From assembly GCA_048938105.1 (NCBI GenBank), contig JBHLMN010000003.1:256001-320000 (forward strand): a stretch of 64,000 nucleotides of DNA, given 5' to 3'. The position numbers were made by a program, and so were the translations under genes. The first letter of the stretch is position 1. Each line of letters starts with the position of its first letter. A model generated the notes under the pieces. That model was not told where the DNA came from, ran no database searches, and saw nothing but the letters and a program-made list of their open reading frames with translations. Source of the stretch: Promethearchaeota archaeon (GTDB lineage Archaea; Asgardarchaeota; Heimdallarchaeia; Hodarchaeales; Hodarchaeaceae). Below, piece by piece: positions 9,686-19,249 of this stretch.

Positions 9686-11584
9686 GTGTTGAATTTTTTG
9701 TTGTTAATACCAGAAAAATCTAAGAGATATCTTAACAAGAAACTATTGAAACTATATGGTAAAAAAGCAAGAGAAACTTATGATAGTCTTGTAAAAATCT
9801 TAGAAAAATATTCTGAAGAAGATTCGATGATCAAGGGGATAATGAAATCCACAACAGCTAAAATAAAGTTTACTGAAAATGATATTCTGTTAAATATTTA
9901 TGCTAATTCGATCCAAGGTACCCAAGGTTCACCATTTCAAGCACTTTATCGTTTCAGTGAAAAATTTCTAAGTGGTCATATCAATGGAATTCATGTTTTA
10001 CCTTTCTATTGTTGGGACACTGATCACGGCTTTTCTGTTCTTAATTATTATGAAGTTGATTCTAGAAATGGGTACTGGGAAGATTTTACTTCTTTGAGTG
10101 AAATTTTCGAAAAAATCATGGTGGATTGCGTAATTAATCACGGATCTATTGATAATCCCATTATTCAAAAAGCTCTAAGCGGTGATCAAGAATTCACGGA
10201 TTTTGTTATTGTTTTTGATGATCATACTAAACCATCCCAAGAAAATTTACTCAAAATTACACGAGCACGACCCTCACCAGTTTTAACCCGTTATTATCTT
10301 ATGACTGATAGGGATAATAGGACATGGGCAACTTTCAACAAACCCATAAAAAAAGGATCTTTAGTTTTACATTCTGGATGGGTATGGACAACTTTTAGCA
10401 GACCAAATCATCCTGATGGAACAATAGCTACAAGACAGATTGATTTTAATTTTGCGAATCCTAAGGTCTTTTTAGAATTTGTTAAAATAATATTATTTTA
10501 TGTTTCTAAAGGCGCGCGTTGGATTCGACTCGATGCAATTGGTTATCTTTGGAAGAAGATTGGTACCTCATGTCTTCATCTACCAGAAACCCACATGCTT
10601 ATTCAAATTTTTACTGAGATTTTTAAAATTCTTGACCATTTGCAAGTTGTTTTAATAGCTGAGGTAAATGAACCGCAAGAAAAGGCTTTGCAATACCTTG
10701 GTACCGAGGATACTGCAGAAGCAGACATGATATATCTTTTCACACATTATCCACTCGCTATTCATGCAGTTCTCACTGGTTCTGCAGAATATTACATGAA
10801 TTGGATCCCTTCACTTGCTAATGCTAGGGGTCGATTGTTTATCAGTGTTTTAGGGACACATGATGGAATGGGAATGAAACCCATTGGAAAATGGCTCCCT
10901 GAAACCGAGAAGAAGAGATTACAAAGAATATTAGTCGAAAAACACGGCGCACTGCCCAATTATGCTATATTACCTGGGGGTGAGAAAATAATTTATGAAT
11001 TGTGCGCTACACCATGGAATTTCGTTAATGAAATTAATACTGATGATCCATTATCTATCCAGATCGATAGATATTTAGCTGTTTTTGCCCTAGGATTATC
11101 TCTTAAAGGGGTTCCCTCAATCTACATTAACGGTTTATTAGGAATCCAAAATTATGAAGGGAAACTAGATGAAAATCGCACAATCAACAGGGAAATATTT
11201 GATGAAAATGAATTGAATGAAAGATTAAGTGATAGAAATTCTCGGATGTATCAAATCTTCTCAAGAATAATAAATTTAATAAAAATACGAGGAGATGAAC
11301 AAGCATTTGACCCTAAAGGGGAGACGCGTGTTTTTCCTTTAAATAAAGCTGTTGTTTCTGTTCTTTTATCGTCTTTTAGTGGAGATGAGAAAATATTCAT
11401 ATTGATTAATGTTTCAGGAGAAGCTCAACCAGTTTCTATTAACATAGATAGACTAGAGATTAAACCTGCCACTGCAATCAAAGATATCATCACAAAACTT
11501 AGTTATGAAATCAATCAGCAAACAAGAAGCTTAGAAATAAACATGAAACCCTATCAAATCTGTTGGTTAAAGATTAATCAATAA
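9686..11584 (+). CDS. GH13_18 sugar phosphorylase, most like glucosylglycerate phosphorylase
   Basis: GIHVLPFY, DHGFSV, WTTFS...QIDFNF, nucleophile RLDAIGY, acid/base AEVN, THDG, loop YELC, ENRTINR. Confidence 0.8.
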   Translation: MLNFLLLIPEKSKRYLNKKLLKLYGKKARETYDSLVKILEKYSEEDSMIKGIMKSTTAKIKFTENDILLNIYANSIQGTQGSPFQALYRFSEKFLSGHINGIHVLPFYCWDTDHGFSVLNYYEVDSRNGYWEDFTSLSEIFEKIMVDCVINHGSIDNPIIQKALSGDQEFTDFVIVFDDHTKPSQENLLKITRARPSPVLTRYYLMTDRDNRTWATFNKPIKKGSLVLHSGWVWTTFSRPNHPDGTIATRQIDFNFANPKVFLEFVKIILFYVSKGARWIRLDAIGYLWKKIGTSCLHLPETHMLIQIFTEIFKILDHLQVVLIAEVNEPQEKALQYLGTEDTAEADMIYLFTHYPLAIHAVLTGSAEYYMNWIPSLANARGRLFISVLGTHDGMGMKPIGKWLPETEKKRLQRILVEKHGALPNYAILPGGEKIIYELCATPWNFVNEINTDDPLSIQIDRYLAVFALGLSLKGVPSIYINGLLGIQNYEGKLDENRTINREIFDENELNERLSDRNSRMYQIFSRIINLIKIRGDEQAFDPKGETRVFPLNKAVVSVLLSSFSGDEKIFILINVSGEAQPVSINIDRLEIKPATAIKDIITKLSYEINQQTRSLEINMKPYQICWLKINQ

Positions 11585-11652
11585 CCAAAATAAAAGTATA
11601 AAATCAATACATCACTCTAACCAAACGAAATCGATATGGGAGACAAAGATAA

Positions 11653-12855
11653 TTGAATAAACCAGTCATTGTAGTTCCTAGTTATTGGAGGAAGGGACCA
11701 TTTCAGGAGAAAGATTGCATTTATGATCATCCCACAGACCTCTCAAATCCAGAAGACACAATTTCTGAAACATTAAAGTCATTTGTGAGTATAAAGGGAG
11801 ATTTTGATGTATTAGTGATTGGAGCCCCAACACGCTCAAGTATTGGAAAAGAAATGGATAAAGCAGTCTTGGAACTCATAGAAAATCTCAAATTACCATA
11901 TAAAGTCTATTATTATGGTTTTGAAGAGTATATTACGCTAAAAGAGTATTTAACCTCACAATACTCTTCAAATATATTAAATCTTTTTTCAAATAGAGGT
12001 TATGGCAATATACGCAATCAATGTATTCTGATTCCTCATTTATTACAATATGATGTTGCAATTCTGATAGATGATGATGAAATTATTACTGATCAAAACT
12101 TTATTAACAAAGCAACTGAATTTATAGGTAAAAAATTTAACGATACTACTTTAGGGTTAATCCTAGGATTCTATAAAAATAAAGATAGTTCAATCTTTCT
12201 AGATGAAACAAAAGTTCCTTGGTGGGAGTTAGTTTGGAATAAAACAGAAATGATGAATAGATCTTTACAGATAATCGAATCGTCGAACTCTAATCGTCTA
12301 GTAGACACTCCGTTTGCACTAGGAGGAAATATGGTAATTCATAAAGATTGCTGGAGTAAAGTCCCTTTTGATCCTTTAATTTCACGTGGGGAGGATATGG
12401 ATTATCTTAGGAATGTAAAGTTGTTGGGATTTGATGCAAAATTAGATAAGAGTCTTTTTATAATTCACAAACCTCCAAAGACTCAAACTTCCTACCTAGA
12501 TAAACTCAAACAAGATATCTTTAGATTTCTTTATGCAAGTGCTAAGCTTGAAGGTTTTGGGATAAACCCCGAAGATTATGATCCTTATCCAGGATTTTTC
12601 TTAAAACAAACAGAAGGAAAAGCTCTATTGACCGAACTACTCCATCACATCTTTCATAATTACGAGAAAATAATAACTGCAAGAAACACAGAAGAATTCT
12701 TTAGCAAAATACAAGAAATGCAATCAATCTTCGACGATGCATCTAAATTTGCAAAGAAAAACTCTAATTTCTACAACAATTTCCAAAAAAAATGGGAGGA
12801 ATTCATGAATAACCTTCAATCAGACTTACATATTGAAATAGTGAAAACTATTTAG
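11653..12855 (+). CDS. GT-A fold glycosyltransferase (GT2-like)
   Basis: N-terminal VVPSYW, GYGNIRN, DxD-type IDDDE, GGNM, RGEDMDY, H-x-PP. Confidence 0.7.
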   Translation: MNKPVIVVPSYWRKGPFQEKDCIYDHPTDLSNPEDTISETLKSFVSIKGDFDVLVIGAPTRSSIGKEMDKAVLELIENLKLPYKVYYYGFEEYITLKEYLTSQYSSNILNLFSNRGYGNIRNQCILIPHLLQYDVAILIDDDEIITDQNFINKATEFIGKKFNDTTLGLILGFYKNKDSSIFLDETKVPWWELVWNKTEMMNRSLQIIESSNSNRLVDTPFALGGNMVIHKDCWSKVPFDPLISRGEDMDYLRNVKLLGFDAKLDKSLFIIHKPPKTQTSYLDKLKQDIFRFLYASAKLEGFGINPEDYDPYPGFFLKQTEGKALLTELLHHIFHNYEKIITARNTEEFFSKIQEMQSIFDDASKFAKKNSNFYNNFQKKWEEFMNNLQSDLHIEIVKTI

Positions 12856-12906
12856 TATTGTGGAGATTATTCGAATCCTAGTCCCTTTCCTTGAGATTAA
12901 CTTATA

Positions 12907-13206
12907 TTATGAAGGATGAAGATCAGTTTCAGTAAGAAATGAAATATCAATCAATGCTTTAAACAGGCCAACAAATAATCCAAAGAATGTGCATATCAAC
13001 ACGGAATATCTGATCGTTGTCTCATTAACTATCATCTCTGGTGGAAAAAGGAACCCCAACGGAATGAGAATGATACTCAAAATAAAGAGTATAATGATAC
13101 ATACAAGATCAAATCCAAGTACGCATCCACCGACTAGTAAGGTTTTCCTAAAGGCTATTTTCCAAGTAACATCCAACTTCTCAATCTTTTTTTGAATTGA
13201 AGACAT
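12907..13206 (-). CDS. Small hypothetical membrane protein
   Basis: 99 aa with two to three hydrophobic helices, ATG start. Confidence 0.6.
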   Translation of the reverse strand: MSSIQKKIEKLDVTWKIAFRKTLLVGGCVLGFDLVCIIILFILSIILIPLGFLFPPEMIVNETTIRYSVLICTFFGLFVGLFKALIDISFLTETDLHPS

Positions 13207-13388
13207 TTTCGTTCCCCTAAGGAATTTAACACTAAATGTTATAAAGATGTGGCTTGATTAGAAAGAATTCAAAAAGAAATTGACTATGAAAACAATAAAG
13301 CTATTTTAATATACTTTACTAGAGCTTATTCATATAGAAAATAAAACTTCAGACAATCAATCAATTGAAAAATCCTTTCAAATAGAAA

Positions 13389-13538
13389 GTGAGAGTATTA
13401 TTGTTGAATGAAGTAGTAAATGAGGATAAAACTTCAAACGACGAAGAGAAAGCACAACGACCTTCTTGTAAATACTGTGGTAATGAGATACCTTATATCT
13501 CTAAATATTGCCCAATATGTGGGGAACAACTTTTCTAA
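13389..13538 (+). CDS. Zinc-ribbon microprotein (missed by the ORF track)
   Basis: In-frame GTG 13389, or TTG 13401/13404, to TAA 13536-13538. Encodes ...PSCKYCGNEIPYISKYCPICGEQLF (CxxC-x10-CPxCG). Confidence 0.7.
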   Translation: MRVLLLNEVVNEDKTSNDEEKAQRPSCKYCGNEIPYISKYCPICGEQLF

Positions 13539-13604
13539 CAACATATCTTTCTGTGATCTATAAAGGATTTAAACTGAAAAAAACTTTGCTTCCATTGATT
13601 TATC

Positions 13605-14390
13605 TTGGGTAAACATTATTGGCATATTTTTTTTGACTTACATGGAGTATTAGCTGACGTTAATGCCGTAAACAAGAATTACCAAAATTATTTGATAAAA
13701 ATTCTGACCCCAACAGGGATATCCCTAAATGAAGTTAAAGAGATTCATGAAAAAGGTTTTAAAAAGTGGATTACAGACATAACACATCTCTTTAATGAGT
13801 TTGAGGAGTGGGAAAACGATGAAACCAGTTTAGAAGCCTTCATGAGAAATTATAAACTAATAGACTGGAAATGGGAAGAATTTATTCTCGATTTTGTACC
13901 ATTGAAACATAAGAAATCCATTAGACCACTTTTAAACACATCACTAGTCGAATATGAAGCCCTTGTGAATGGCCCTTATCCTATTCTCTATCCCGAAGTA
14001 AATCCTTTACTAAAAGAATTAAAAAAGATAAAAGATCTATTTCTGCATATTGCCTCCTCTGCTTCTTCAGAGCACGTTAAAGGTGCTGTTGATCTTCATA
14101 ATTTGAGAAATTTCTTTATAAATTTAATTGGTTATGATACTGTCAGAGCCCCGAAAAAAGCAAGTTCAGGAATATACTTCAAAAGCATGCTTGAAATCAC
14201 AGATGCAAATCCTAGTAGATCCATCTTTGTAGGTGACTCCAAGGAGGAAGCAAATCTTGCTAGTAAATTCGGAATGGAGTATATAATGGTATGGAGAGAC
14301 TTTCACTCTGAAGAATCAAGGAATATGGGTTTTCGGATAATTGATAACTTAACAGCTTTACTCCCTATCATCAAGGAGTTAATAGTTTGA
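13605..14390 (+). CDS. HAD-superfamily hydrolase
   Basis: Motif I FFDLHGVL (DxH variant), LYPEV, motif II IASS, motif III K, motif IV FVGDS. Confidence 0.8.
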   Translation: MGKHYWHIFFDLHGVLADVNAVNKNYQNYLIKILTPTGISLNEVKEIHEKGFKKWITDITHLFNEFEEWENDETSLEAFMRNYKLIDWKWEEFILDFVPLKHKKSIRPLLNTSLVEYEALVNGPYPILYPEVNPLLKELKKIKDLFLHIASSASSEHVKGAVDLHNLRNFFINLIGYDTVRAPKKASSGIYFKSMLEITDANPSRSIFVGDSKEEANLASKFGMEYIMVWRDFHSEESRNMGFRIIDNLTALLPIIKELIV

Positions 14391-14410
14391 AGAAAAAAAA
14401 TTTCCTTTTC

Positions 14411-15727
14411 TTAGAAGTTTAAGAATATACTCCAGACTGCATCGACTGCCATGTGGACTAAAGCAGCAGGCACAATTTTCTGGGTTTTCCAATACGTCCA
14501 GCCGTATGCAAACCCAGCGAAGCTAGCAAAGAAAATATATCTAATATCTTCGAAATGAGCCCAACCAAAGAGAATGGAGCTTAAGACCAAGGCTGTTATT
14601 ATAGGATCTTTAGTTTTAGAGACAAGTAAAAAGCCAAAAATTCCGAGAATTATAGCAATCATAAAATAGAGTGCTTCTAAGGGAACATTTTGCACGAGAG
14701 GCCATACTTGCCCTTCCGCATCTCCCAGAGGCTCAGCTAAGGAGCCAATAATTTCTTTGAGAGGGGAAAATAGAGGAATCCAGCTCAAAGCATCTATTAT
14801 ATCATCAATCCAAGGTGTGATGATAATTAAACCAATTAAACCCAAGATTCCCCCATATAACCAGCTATTAGCCACATTACCATTTTCAAGCTTCTCTGCA
14901 ATAAGGTTGAAGATGAACCCCCGAAAAAACATTTCTTCTATTAGCGCTGTACCAAGGAATATTAGAATAAATGTTAAGATAATATCAACTAAAGAAACAG
15001 GTAATTCTGCTGTAAGATTCATTACTTTTTCTAAGATTATGTCAGGAGGAGCTAAGAAATAGCTAATTATCCCTAAAGGAAGTATTATGAGAACAAGTAT
15101 TCCATTAGCTTTACCAGCAATAAGAAGATCCTCTTTTGATAATGAAAAAGTCAAACCCATATCATGAAAACGGACAAATATTAAAGCATAAATGAATGCA
15201 AACAATGCTAAGAGAGTATCAAAGGGAATATCCCCCAATTCTACTTTTCCTAGGAGATCATCGACCAGTCCAAATTCGATTGGAAGCCAGACCCACAATC
15301 CAGCAAGTACATCAATATAAGAGAGTCCATCTCTAGTTTGATTAGAAAAAGAGAGGTATAATAATGTGGGGGTAAGAATGAAAAAAAAACCTGAAATAAC
15401 TTGAACTAAACTCGTTAAAAAATCTGGGGATGTAGGAACAATAAATCGATAAATAGCAAAAATGATAAATACGGAAAAAGGTGGGATAAGTCTACGTTCT
15501 GTTGTTGAAAAAAGTAATCTTCCAAACTCAACAATTTTAGGTGTGAAAATATATAAGAAGAATCCTCCTAGTAAGAGTAAGAAAAGCGATCCAAATAGAA
15601 ACTGTTCACCTGGAAGATTCAATTCCTGAACGAAAAACATTGAAAAAAGTAGAAATAGAAAACATGTTCCTATGATAAAATCAGACGTTTTAATTATTTC
15701 TTTCCAGTTCTCTGAAAAATGACTCAC
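14411..15727 (-). CDS. CPBP (CAAX/Abi, Rce1-like) intramembrane glutamic endopeptidase
   Basis: EEMFFRG (EE-x3-R), FGWAH, GFAYGWTY, HMAVD, many TM helices. Confidence 0.88.
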   Translation of the reverse strand: MSHFSENWKEIIKTSDFIIGTCFLFLLFSMFFVQELNLPGEQFLFGSLFLLLLGGFFLYIFTPKIVEFGRLLFSTTERRLIPPFSVFIIFAIYRFIVPTSPDFLTSLVQVISGFFFILTPTLLYLSFSNQTRDGLSYIDVLAGLWVWLPIEFGLVDDLLGKVELGDIPFDTLLALFAFIYALIFVRFHDMGLTFSLSKEDLLIAGKANGILVLIILPLGIISYFLAPPDIILEKVMNLTAELPVSLVDIILTFILIFLGTALIEEMFFRGFIFNLIAEKLENGNVANSWLYGGILGLIGLIIITPWIDDIIDALSWIPLFSPLKEIIGSLAEPLGDAEGQVWPLVQNVPLEALYFMIAIILGIFGFLLVSKTKDPIITALVLSSILFGWAHFEDIRYIFFASFAGFAYGWTYWKTQKIVPAALVHMAVDAVWSIFLNF

Positions 15728-16047
15728 GGTTTAATCGCCTAAATACTTGTGGAAAATATTCTATAATATTATGTTTTATCTTATAATTTCTCATATGATC
15801 CTCAAGTTTATAATAAAAAAATTAAGGATAAGTGCCTGAAAATAACTTAACAGATGAAACCCATAATTTACAAAGACTTTCTTCATAGATTAGAGTTATC
15901 CTAAGTCTATTCAAGAAAGCTTGAAAACCATTTTTCCATGATTCTATAAAACATTCCTTAAAAAAGAGGCTACTCTTATTATAATCACAACCTAAAATCT
16001 TATTTTTTCTAAATATCACAATAAAAAGGTTTAATAGGAGATTAAAT

Positions 16048-19000
16048 ATGAAAATAAAAAGAATTCAGCTTTTAGCTGTTAGTGTGGCGCTTGTTACAAT
16101 GATACTGATGAATCAATCAAGTATTACAAATGCAACATGGCAAGCGCCAAAAAAAGTAGCTGAAGATACCTTAGTTGGCTCCAATGATTTTTTTAGTGAA
16201 GGACTTGAACTAGTTGCAGCAGAAGGCAGCGCACTGATTGCTCAATATTACCAATGGGATGGCCAAAAAACTTTTCCCTTGAACCCTTCAGACCCAGAGT
16301 ATAACAACCTTGATGTCCTTTATATAATTAGTTCAAACCAAGAGAACTGGAGAGATTATTGGCCACGATCCATCTGGGAATTCCGAGACGGCGCAACGGT
16401 CGTCTTTCAGTTCTCTCAAGGGCTTACAGATTCTCTTACTGATGCTGAAGAGATTATTACGGAGCTGGAATCATGGATGGGAACTACACTTGATATCCTG
16501 TACGGAGCAGAAGCAGCTGGTAGTACAACCCTCTTCTATTGGGGATATATGTCAGCCCAAAACCACTCAGATTTTATCATTGACAAATTTTATGATGTTT
16601 TAAGTACAGGCGGATATACTAATTTCATTACAAACGATGTCTTGGCTAGTGCGCCAGTTTCAGTGGTAGGCACTGGTTTAGCTAGATCTCCAACACATCC
16701 AGATTCTGATCCATTTGCACCGCTTGGGGTTGCAGCTTTTATACTTGAAGATGGAATCTCAATTAATGGTGATGATGTCCATAATATGTCAATTTCGTCT
16801 GCATTCGATTTTTCAGGACCTATTCGGCCTAACCCAGATAGCCTATACAGTAAAATTGAATTCAAATTACCATATGTTGCAAATGTATATGATTCCTATC
16901 CTGCAACTGACAATTTATATCCAGAGCTTACACAGAAATTCGAATGGACCTTAAAAGCAGGTAACTGGATTGATGTTAAACATGATGATATCTATGTTAC
17001 TTATGACATGGCTGTTGAGGAATTAGAGACTTTTCCACAAATTACTGCAGAATTAGATGTCAATGCAACTGATTTACTCTCACCTACAGATCCAATTATG
17101 AACTATACAATTGAAATGACCAATACTGGAGATGAAAAAGCATATAATGTAGAATTTGCATGGGATTTGGGGGAAAAACCTGAACCACATTATATCAATG
17201 TCTTTGATTCTGAAAATTTTTATTTTGATCCTACAGTTAAGAGATTCTATAATCATAGTAGTGGTCTATTAGTGGAGGATTTTGCTCTTTCCCTATATCA
17301 TCATAATGCAACGTTGGAGTTCAATATAAGTCAAGAAATTACTGGTTGGTTTATGCATAAGGAAAATGATTCAGTAGTACAGGTAATTACTGGTTGGAAT
17401 GAGACAACAGGAATCCATAACATTGATTTAAGGGCTGTTTATGATGTTGTATACACGAACAAATCCTTCATGAATTTTAAACACTCACCTAATCTTATGA
17501 ATACAACCCTTGAAAATGGTAATTTCGCCTTATACGGTTCGATTGATGAACTTGATATTGGTTCTTCCACAAATTTCTGGTGGGCTATTGATGATCTTCC
17601 CGCAGAGGATGACACTTACCTTATACTAGCGCAAGAACTCACAAATCAAGATTGGAGAAACAATGGTGAGACTACATTCTATATGCAGAATATAACTCAC
17701 TATGATAATACTGGGAACTTTTTACAAGAAAAAACTGGAAAATATATCACAAACATTAAAGACTGGATAATTTGGGAAATGGTTGAAAATCAATCACTAG
17801 ATCTACGTTTTCCTTCACTTAATCCAGAATTTACCCCTGGAGTAATGTTTCGATTTGAAGATAGTACATCACGTGAATTTTTTGGTTGGTCAAACGGATT
17901 AATTGTCCAGTTATACGATGATGAAGCTCTTTTGAAGACTGTGATTTCATTAAATTCTACTATTTTTGAAATCGATGAGACTGCTGAAATTAATGTGACT
18001 ATTGAAAATATTGGCAAAGCTACTGCATCTAATGTTCAGGTACAAGGTTTCCACGCTCAGCTTGGTCCTGATTGGAAATTAAGACAAATAGAGGAATTTT
18101 CTGGAGAAGAAACAGTTGGGACAGGAACTATCGCTCCTGGTCAAATGGTAACACACACCTTCACCAGAAATGTATCCACTTTCCTTGGGATCCATCCAGT
18201 AGGGGTTGTAGTTGATTATACTACAGAGGAAAGCGAAGGATATGATGGAGCTTTCAATGCGACTGATATTCAAAATATCGGTTCAAATTTAATAGTAGCA
18301 ATAGTACTACCAAAACCTGATAAAGCTGGTCAAGATGAACCAAGTTACCCTACACCAATTGTCAATGTATCGGTTTCATGGACAGATGAAAATGGTGGTG
18401 ACATAGAAAACGGGGATCTCATTGAAATTAGAACGGAAGTCAAAAACCTTGGTGACGAAGCTACTACAATCAAACTGTTCTCGTATTTTCCCACGAGAAT
18501 GGCTAGCATAGATGTATATGCACAGTATTACGATGGCAAGAATTTCAAGGTTACTGATATTTCAGGCAATATTTTAACTGGTTATGACGAAGGATTCGCT
18601 ATGGATCACCCCGATTGGCCAATTACCGTAGCTGCAGTTGCAGGATTACATCTAGCACCCAGTGCATCAATCATCTTTTATTACAAACTCACTGTAACTG
18701 ATGCAAAGTCTTTAATTGTACCACCTGTTGCTGTAGAATACGATAGTCGATATCCTATGGCAGGAACTTCAGGTATAGAAGGTTCTAGTGAAGAAGGTGA
18801 AGAAACAAGTCCTATAGCTGTTGAGATACCTATCTCTACAAAAATCCATTCAGAATTCTCAAACATTAAAATGAGCATTCAAGCGGAAGATTCCAGTGGT
18901 TCCAGTTGGACTTCTTACAGCAGCTCATCTCTTCTTTCAGCTTACGCAGCTGTCACACCTCCTGAAGAATCTAGTGAACCAACTAGCACTTCAGGTCCTC

Positions 19001-19140
19001 CAACCTCGTCAACTAGTGGCGTGGATGGCTTTACAACCCTGACAAGCTTCATAAATGAGAATATGAGGCTCATGATTGTTGTATTAGCCATTCCTATCGT
19101 AGTGTTGACCGTTCGGGAACTCAAACGAAGCAGAAAATAG
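16048..19140 (+). CDS. Large secreted, C-terminally anchored surface (glyco)protein with CARDB/Ig-like repeats
   Basis: N-terminal signal peptide. Three I/V-x-N-x-G-x-x-x-A repeats (MTNTGDEKA, IENIGKATA, VKNLGDEA). Many N-x-S/T sequons. Ser/Thr/Pro linker, TM helix and basic tail. Confidence 0.75.
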   Translation: MKIKRIQLLAVSVALVTMILMNQSSITNATWQAPKKVAEDTLVGSNDFFSEGLELVAAEGSALIAQYYQWDGQKTFPLNPSDPEYNNLDVLYIISSNQENWRDYWPRSIWEFRDGATVVFQFSQGLTDSLTDAEEIITELESWMGTTLDILYGAEAAGSTTLFYWGYMSAQNHSDFIIDKFYDVLSTGGYTNFITNDVLASAPVSVVGTGLARSPTHPDSDPFAPLGVAAFILEDGISINGDDVHNMSISSAFDFSGPIRPNPDSLYSKIEFKLPYVANVYDSYPATDNLYPELTQKFEWTLKAGNWIDVKHDDIYVTYDMAVEELETFPQITAELDVNATDLLSPTDPIMNYTIEMTNTGDEKAYNVEFAWDLGEKPEPHYINVFDSENFYFDPTVKRFYNHSSGLLVEDFALSLYHHNATLEFNISQEITGWFMHKENDSVVQVITGWNETTGIHNIDLRAVYDVVYTNKSFMNFKHSPNLMNTTLENGNFALYGSIDELDIGSSTNFWWAIDDLPAEDDTYLILAQELTNQDWRNNGETTFYMQNITHYDNTGNFLQEKTGKYITNIKDWIIWEMVENQSLDLRFPSLNPEFTPGVMFRFEDSTSREFFGWSNGLIVQLYDDEALLKTVISLNSTIFEIDETAEINVTIENIGKATASNVQVQGFHAQLGPDWKLRQIEEFSGEETVGTGTIAPGQMVTHTFTRNVSTFLGIHPVGVVVDYTTEESEGYDGAFNATDIQNIGSNLIVAIVLPKPDKAGQDEPSYPTPIVNVSVSWTDENGGDIENGDLIEIRTEVKNLGDEATTIKLFSYFPTRMASIDVYAQYYDGKNFKVTDISGNILTGYDEGFAMDHPDWPITVAAVAGLHLAPSASIIFYYKLTVTDAKSLIVPPVAVEYDSRYPMAGTSGIEGSSEEGEETSPIAVEIPISTKIHSEFSNIKMSIQAEDSSGSSWTSYSSSSLLSAYAAVTPPEESSEPTSTSGPPTSSTSGVDGFTTLTSFINENMRLMIVVLAIPIVVLTVRELKRSRK

Positions 19141-19155
19141 ATTACTTCAATATAG

Positions 19156-19186
19156 TTTTCCCACCCAACCCTCTTTCTTTTTTTCC
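19156..19186 (+). terminator. Pyrimidine/oligo-T terminator after the surface protein gene
   Basis: TTTTCCCACCCAACCCTCTTTCTTTTTTTCC begins about 15 nt after the stop. Confidence 0.5.
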
Positions 19187-19249
19187 ATTAATAACTGTTA
19201 TTTATCCTTAAAAATTAGAATTATTTTTTAAAGGATTAACTTTTATTAT

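Noticed and set aside
15822-16019. 65-aa minus-strand ORF in the CPBP/surface-protein intergenic region
   Set aside because: No SD, no motif, and it lies in an AT-rich divergent promoter region.
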